From assembly GCA_965261975.1 (NCBI GenBank), contig CBDHEC010000032.1, positions 1-11,075 on the forward strand: 11,075 bases of DNA. Reading direction: 5' to 3'. Source of the DNA: Alphaproteobacteria bacterium. GTDB lineage: Bacteria > Pseudomonadota > Alphaproteobacteria > UBA6615. Shown here in pieces: positions 9,268 to 11,075 of the stretch. The position numbers were made by a program, and so were the translations under genes. Below the pieces are notes generated by a model that saw nothing but the letters and a program-made list of their open reading frames with translations, searched no databases and was not told the origin of the DNA. How positions within the stretch are numbered: position 1 is the stretch's first letter; each line of letters begins with the position of its first letter.

Positions 9268-9503
9268 TTCAGAATATCAGTCTCTAATCCCAAAGGCCAG
9301 TCCCAAAAATGCAATTTCTCTTCACGAGCTTTGTTGGACAAACTCGAATGTCCCCCTTCTTATGATGCATAGATGTGGGCCGGATTTCCGGCAATTTCCG
9401 CTTAATGTGCAGATTTCCTAAGCATTCAGCCGGTTCGTCGTGTCGCCGGCCGAGGTGTTTTGCGCGACTATTCCTGTGCCATGGTCAGCTTGCAGCGGAT
9501 CGC

Positions 9504-9519
9504 AAATAATATATAATTG
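9504..9519 (+). promoter_or_regulatory. 16-bp box AAATAATATATAATTG upstream of the methyltransferase (putative operator overlapping -10)
   Basis: Identical to the box at 9252-9267 on the opposite strand; ends 65 nt before ATG 9585. Confidence 0.7.
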
Positions 9520-9584
9520 CTGTGAACATTGGTGCTTCGGCCTGCGAACCGCGTCGCTGGGCCAACAATATTCGCGAGGGGAAA

Positions 9585-10618
9585 ATGACCAGCTTCGAAA
9601 ACGCCCCAACTCATCGTCATTGGTGAAAACATCAATACGACCCGACGGATCCGGACCGATTCCAAAAACATCGTGAAACGTGATGGCAAGGTGTTCTGGC
9701 GCTATCCCGGCCTCGACGGCCAGGAGGGTTTCCTCGACGTTACGGAGCAATGGCCTGATGACGAAGCCAAGATCGCCACCGGACGTATCGGCCATATCGG
9801 CCAGGGCGTGCGCGATCAGGATCTCGATTTCCTGACCTGGGCGATCATGGCACAGGTCAATGCCGGTGCCCACATCGTCGATCTGTGTGTCGATGAACTC
9901 TCAGTCTACCCGGAAGAGCGCCACGAATACATGCGCTGGATCGTCAAGACAGCACAACAGATCTGTCCCGAAGCGTCCATTTGCCGTCGACAGCTCCGAC
10001 CCCGATACCTTGGAGGCCGGCCTCGACGTCTACGACATGTCGCTGTCGCGCCCGGCCATCAACTCGGTCAGCCTGGAGCCGGGCAGGGATGTGGTGATCG
10101 ATATCGGCAAGGAAGCCGGCGCGGTGATCTTTGCCAACGGCTCCGGCGAATCCGGCATGCCTCAGAATGCCCAGGAGCGCATCGACAATTTGACCCAGCT
10201 GATGGCGCTGATGGACGAGCGCAAGGTGCCGATGGAGGACCGGTTCCTCGATCCGCTGGTGTTCCCGGTCGGAGCCGGGCCGCAATACGGCGTCGACTAT
10301 CTGGATTCGGTCAAGGGCCTGCGCGCCAAGTTCCCCGACGTCCACATATTCGGCGGGTTGTCGAACGTCTCGTTCGGTCTGCCGCGGCGCAAGCTGCTCA
10401 ACGACGCCTTCATCCGGCTTTCCATGGAGGCCGGCTGCGATGCCGTGATGATCGATCCGATCATGAACCCGCTGAACGAGATCACGGCACCGCCGGTGAA
10501 CGAAGAGGAATACAAACTCGCTGCCGCGGTCATGACGGCGGAAGACGAATACGGGCTGAACTATCTCAAATATGTCCGCAGTCAGGCCGAAAAGCCAATG
10601 GCGGCCGCCGGCGCCTAA
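9585..10618 (+). pseudogene. Pterin-binding (DHPS-like barrel) methyl-THF:corrinoid methyltransferase, AcsE/MetH-domain like, with two +1 frameshifts (pseudogene or sequencing errors)
   Basis: GAGGGG RBS then ATG 9585; LIVIGENINTT and AQVNAGAHIVDLCVD lie in the next frame (9589 to about 9980); AVDSSDP, PAINSVSLE, FLDPLVFPVG, GGLSNVSFGLPRRKLLN, MIDP lie in the third frame to TAA 10618. Removing two bases yields one 343-aa ORF. Confidence 0.8.
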
Positions 10619-10639
10619 CGGATGATGGGGGAAGCCCTA

Positions 10640-10670
10640 CCCGCGGCACCGGACCCCGCACCGCCGCGGG
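10640..10670. terminator. GC hairpin between convergent genes, possible terminator
   Basis: CCCGCGGC (10640-10647) / GCCGCGGG (10663-10670) 8-bp stem with 15-nt loop; no U-tract. Confidence 0.3.
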
Positions 10671-10685
10671 AATGCAGCCATGGCC

Positions 10686-11075
10686 TTATTCTGCGGCCTC
10701 GTGCCACAAATCTTCAAGATGGTTGCCTAGAGCGGCCCGGTAATTCGTCACATACAACCGCATCAACGCTTCGGCCTGGTCTGCCTGGTTTCTGCTGATC
10801 GGCGCAACAAGGTCGCCGAGCACCGAGCTGAACTCTCGGGACAGTTCAGGCCAGTCCCCCTTTACTTTTCCTGCATAGAAGAGAAACCAGAGGCTGACAT
10901 TGTAAAGCCGGGGCACCACGTCCTTGTAGTGCACGTTGTCGGCCGCTTCCGCCATGGTCAGATAGAAACCGCGCCCCAACTTCACGAATTCGTCGAAATC
11001 GTCCACCGGGTCCAGTTTTGAAAGCCTGCTTGCGATCCTGTCCAGATTCTGTGCGTATTCCTTGCTCTCGTTGGT
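10686..11075 (-). CDS. Probable GntR-family regulator, C-terminal FCD-like domain (5' end outside window)
   Basis: Frame is open from the right edge (TNESKEYAQNLDRIASRL...). FYLTMAEAADN and ISRNQADQAEALMRLYV resemble the FCD patterns FH-xI-xAAGN and I-xRD-xxAE-xMR-H. The HTH is not visible in the window. Confidence 0.55.
   Translation of the reverse strand, partial: TNESKEYAQNLDRIASRLSKLDPVDDFDEFVKLGRGFYLTMAEAADNVHYKDVVPRLYNVSLWFLFYAGKVKGDWPELSREFSSVLGDLVAPISRNQADQAEALMRLYVTNYRAALGNHLEDLWHEAAE

Noticed and set aside
9380-9420. Repeated ATTTCC hexamers, and CAATTTCCGC also found inverted at 2125-2134
   Set aside because: Short, irregularly spaced and in opposite orientation relative to the paralogues; cannot be separated from chance.
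9466-9482. Sigma-54-like TGGCAC on the minus strand
   Set aside because: The -12 position reads GT rather than GC.
9983-10743. Arg-rich C-terminal part of track ORF 9673-10743
   Set aside because: Out-of-frame read-through after the frameshift; the conserved motifs are in the 9860-10618 frame.

Overview
GC-rich, Alphaproteobacteria-like accessory metabolic region. It carries two collinear paralogues of a signal-less (cytoplasmic) Mo/W-bisPGD oxidoreductase of the PhsA/PsrA type: a complete copy at 7092-9203 followed by a DmsB/PsrB-like 4x[4Fe-4S] subunit, and a second copy starting at 1969 that runs off the left edge and is missing from the ORF track. Between them lie a VtlR/LsrB-like LysR regulator, a stand-alone soxCD-like pair, and a cobalamin riboswitch in front of bluB. 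Divergent from the complete Mo-enzyme is a pterin-binding methyl-THF:corrinoid methyltransferase (AcsE/MetH-domain like) with two +1 frameshifts, then a partial GntR/FCD-like regulator. An identical 16-bp AT-rich box precedes both divergent genes, suggesting co-regulation of Mo-enzyme redox chemistry and B12-dependent methyl transfer. All family assignments come from motif recognition by eye; no database searches were run.
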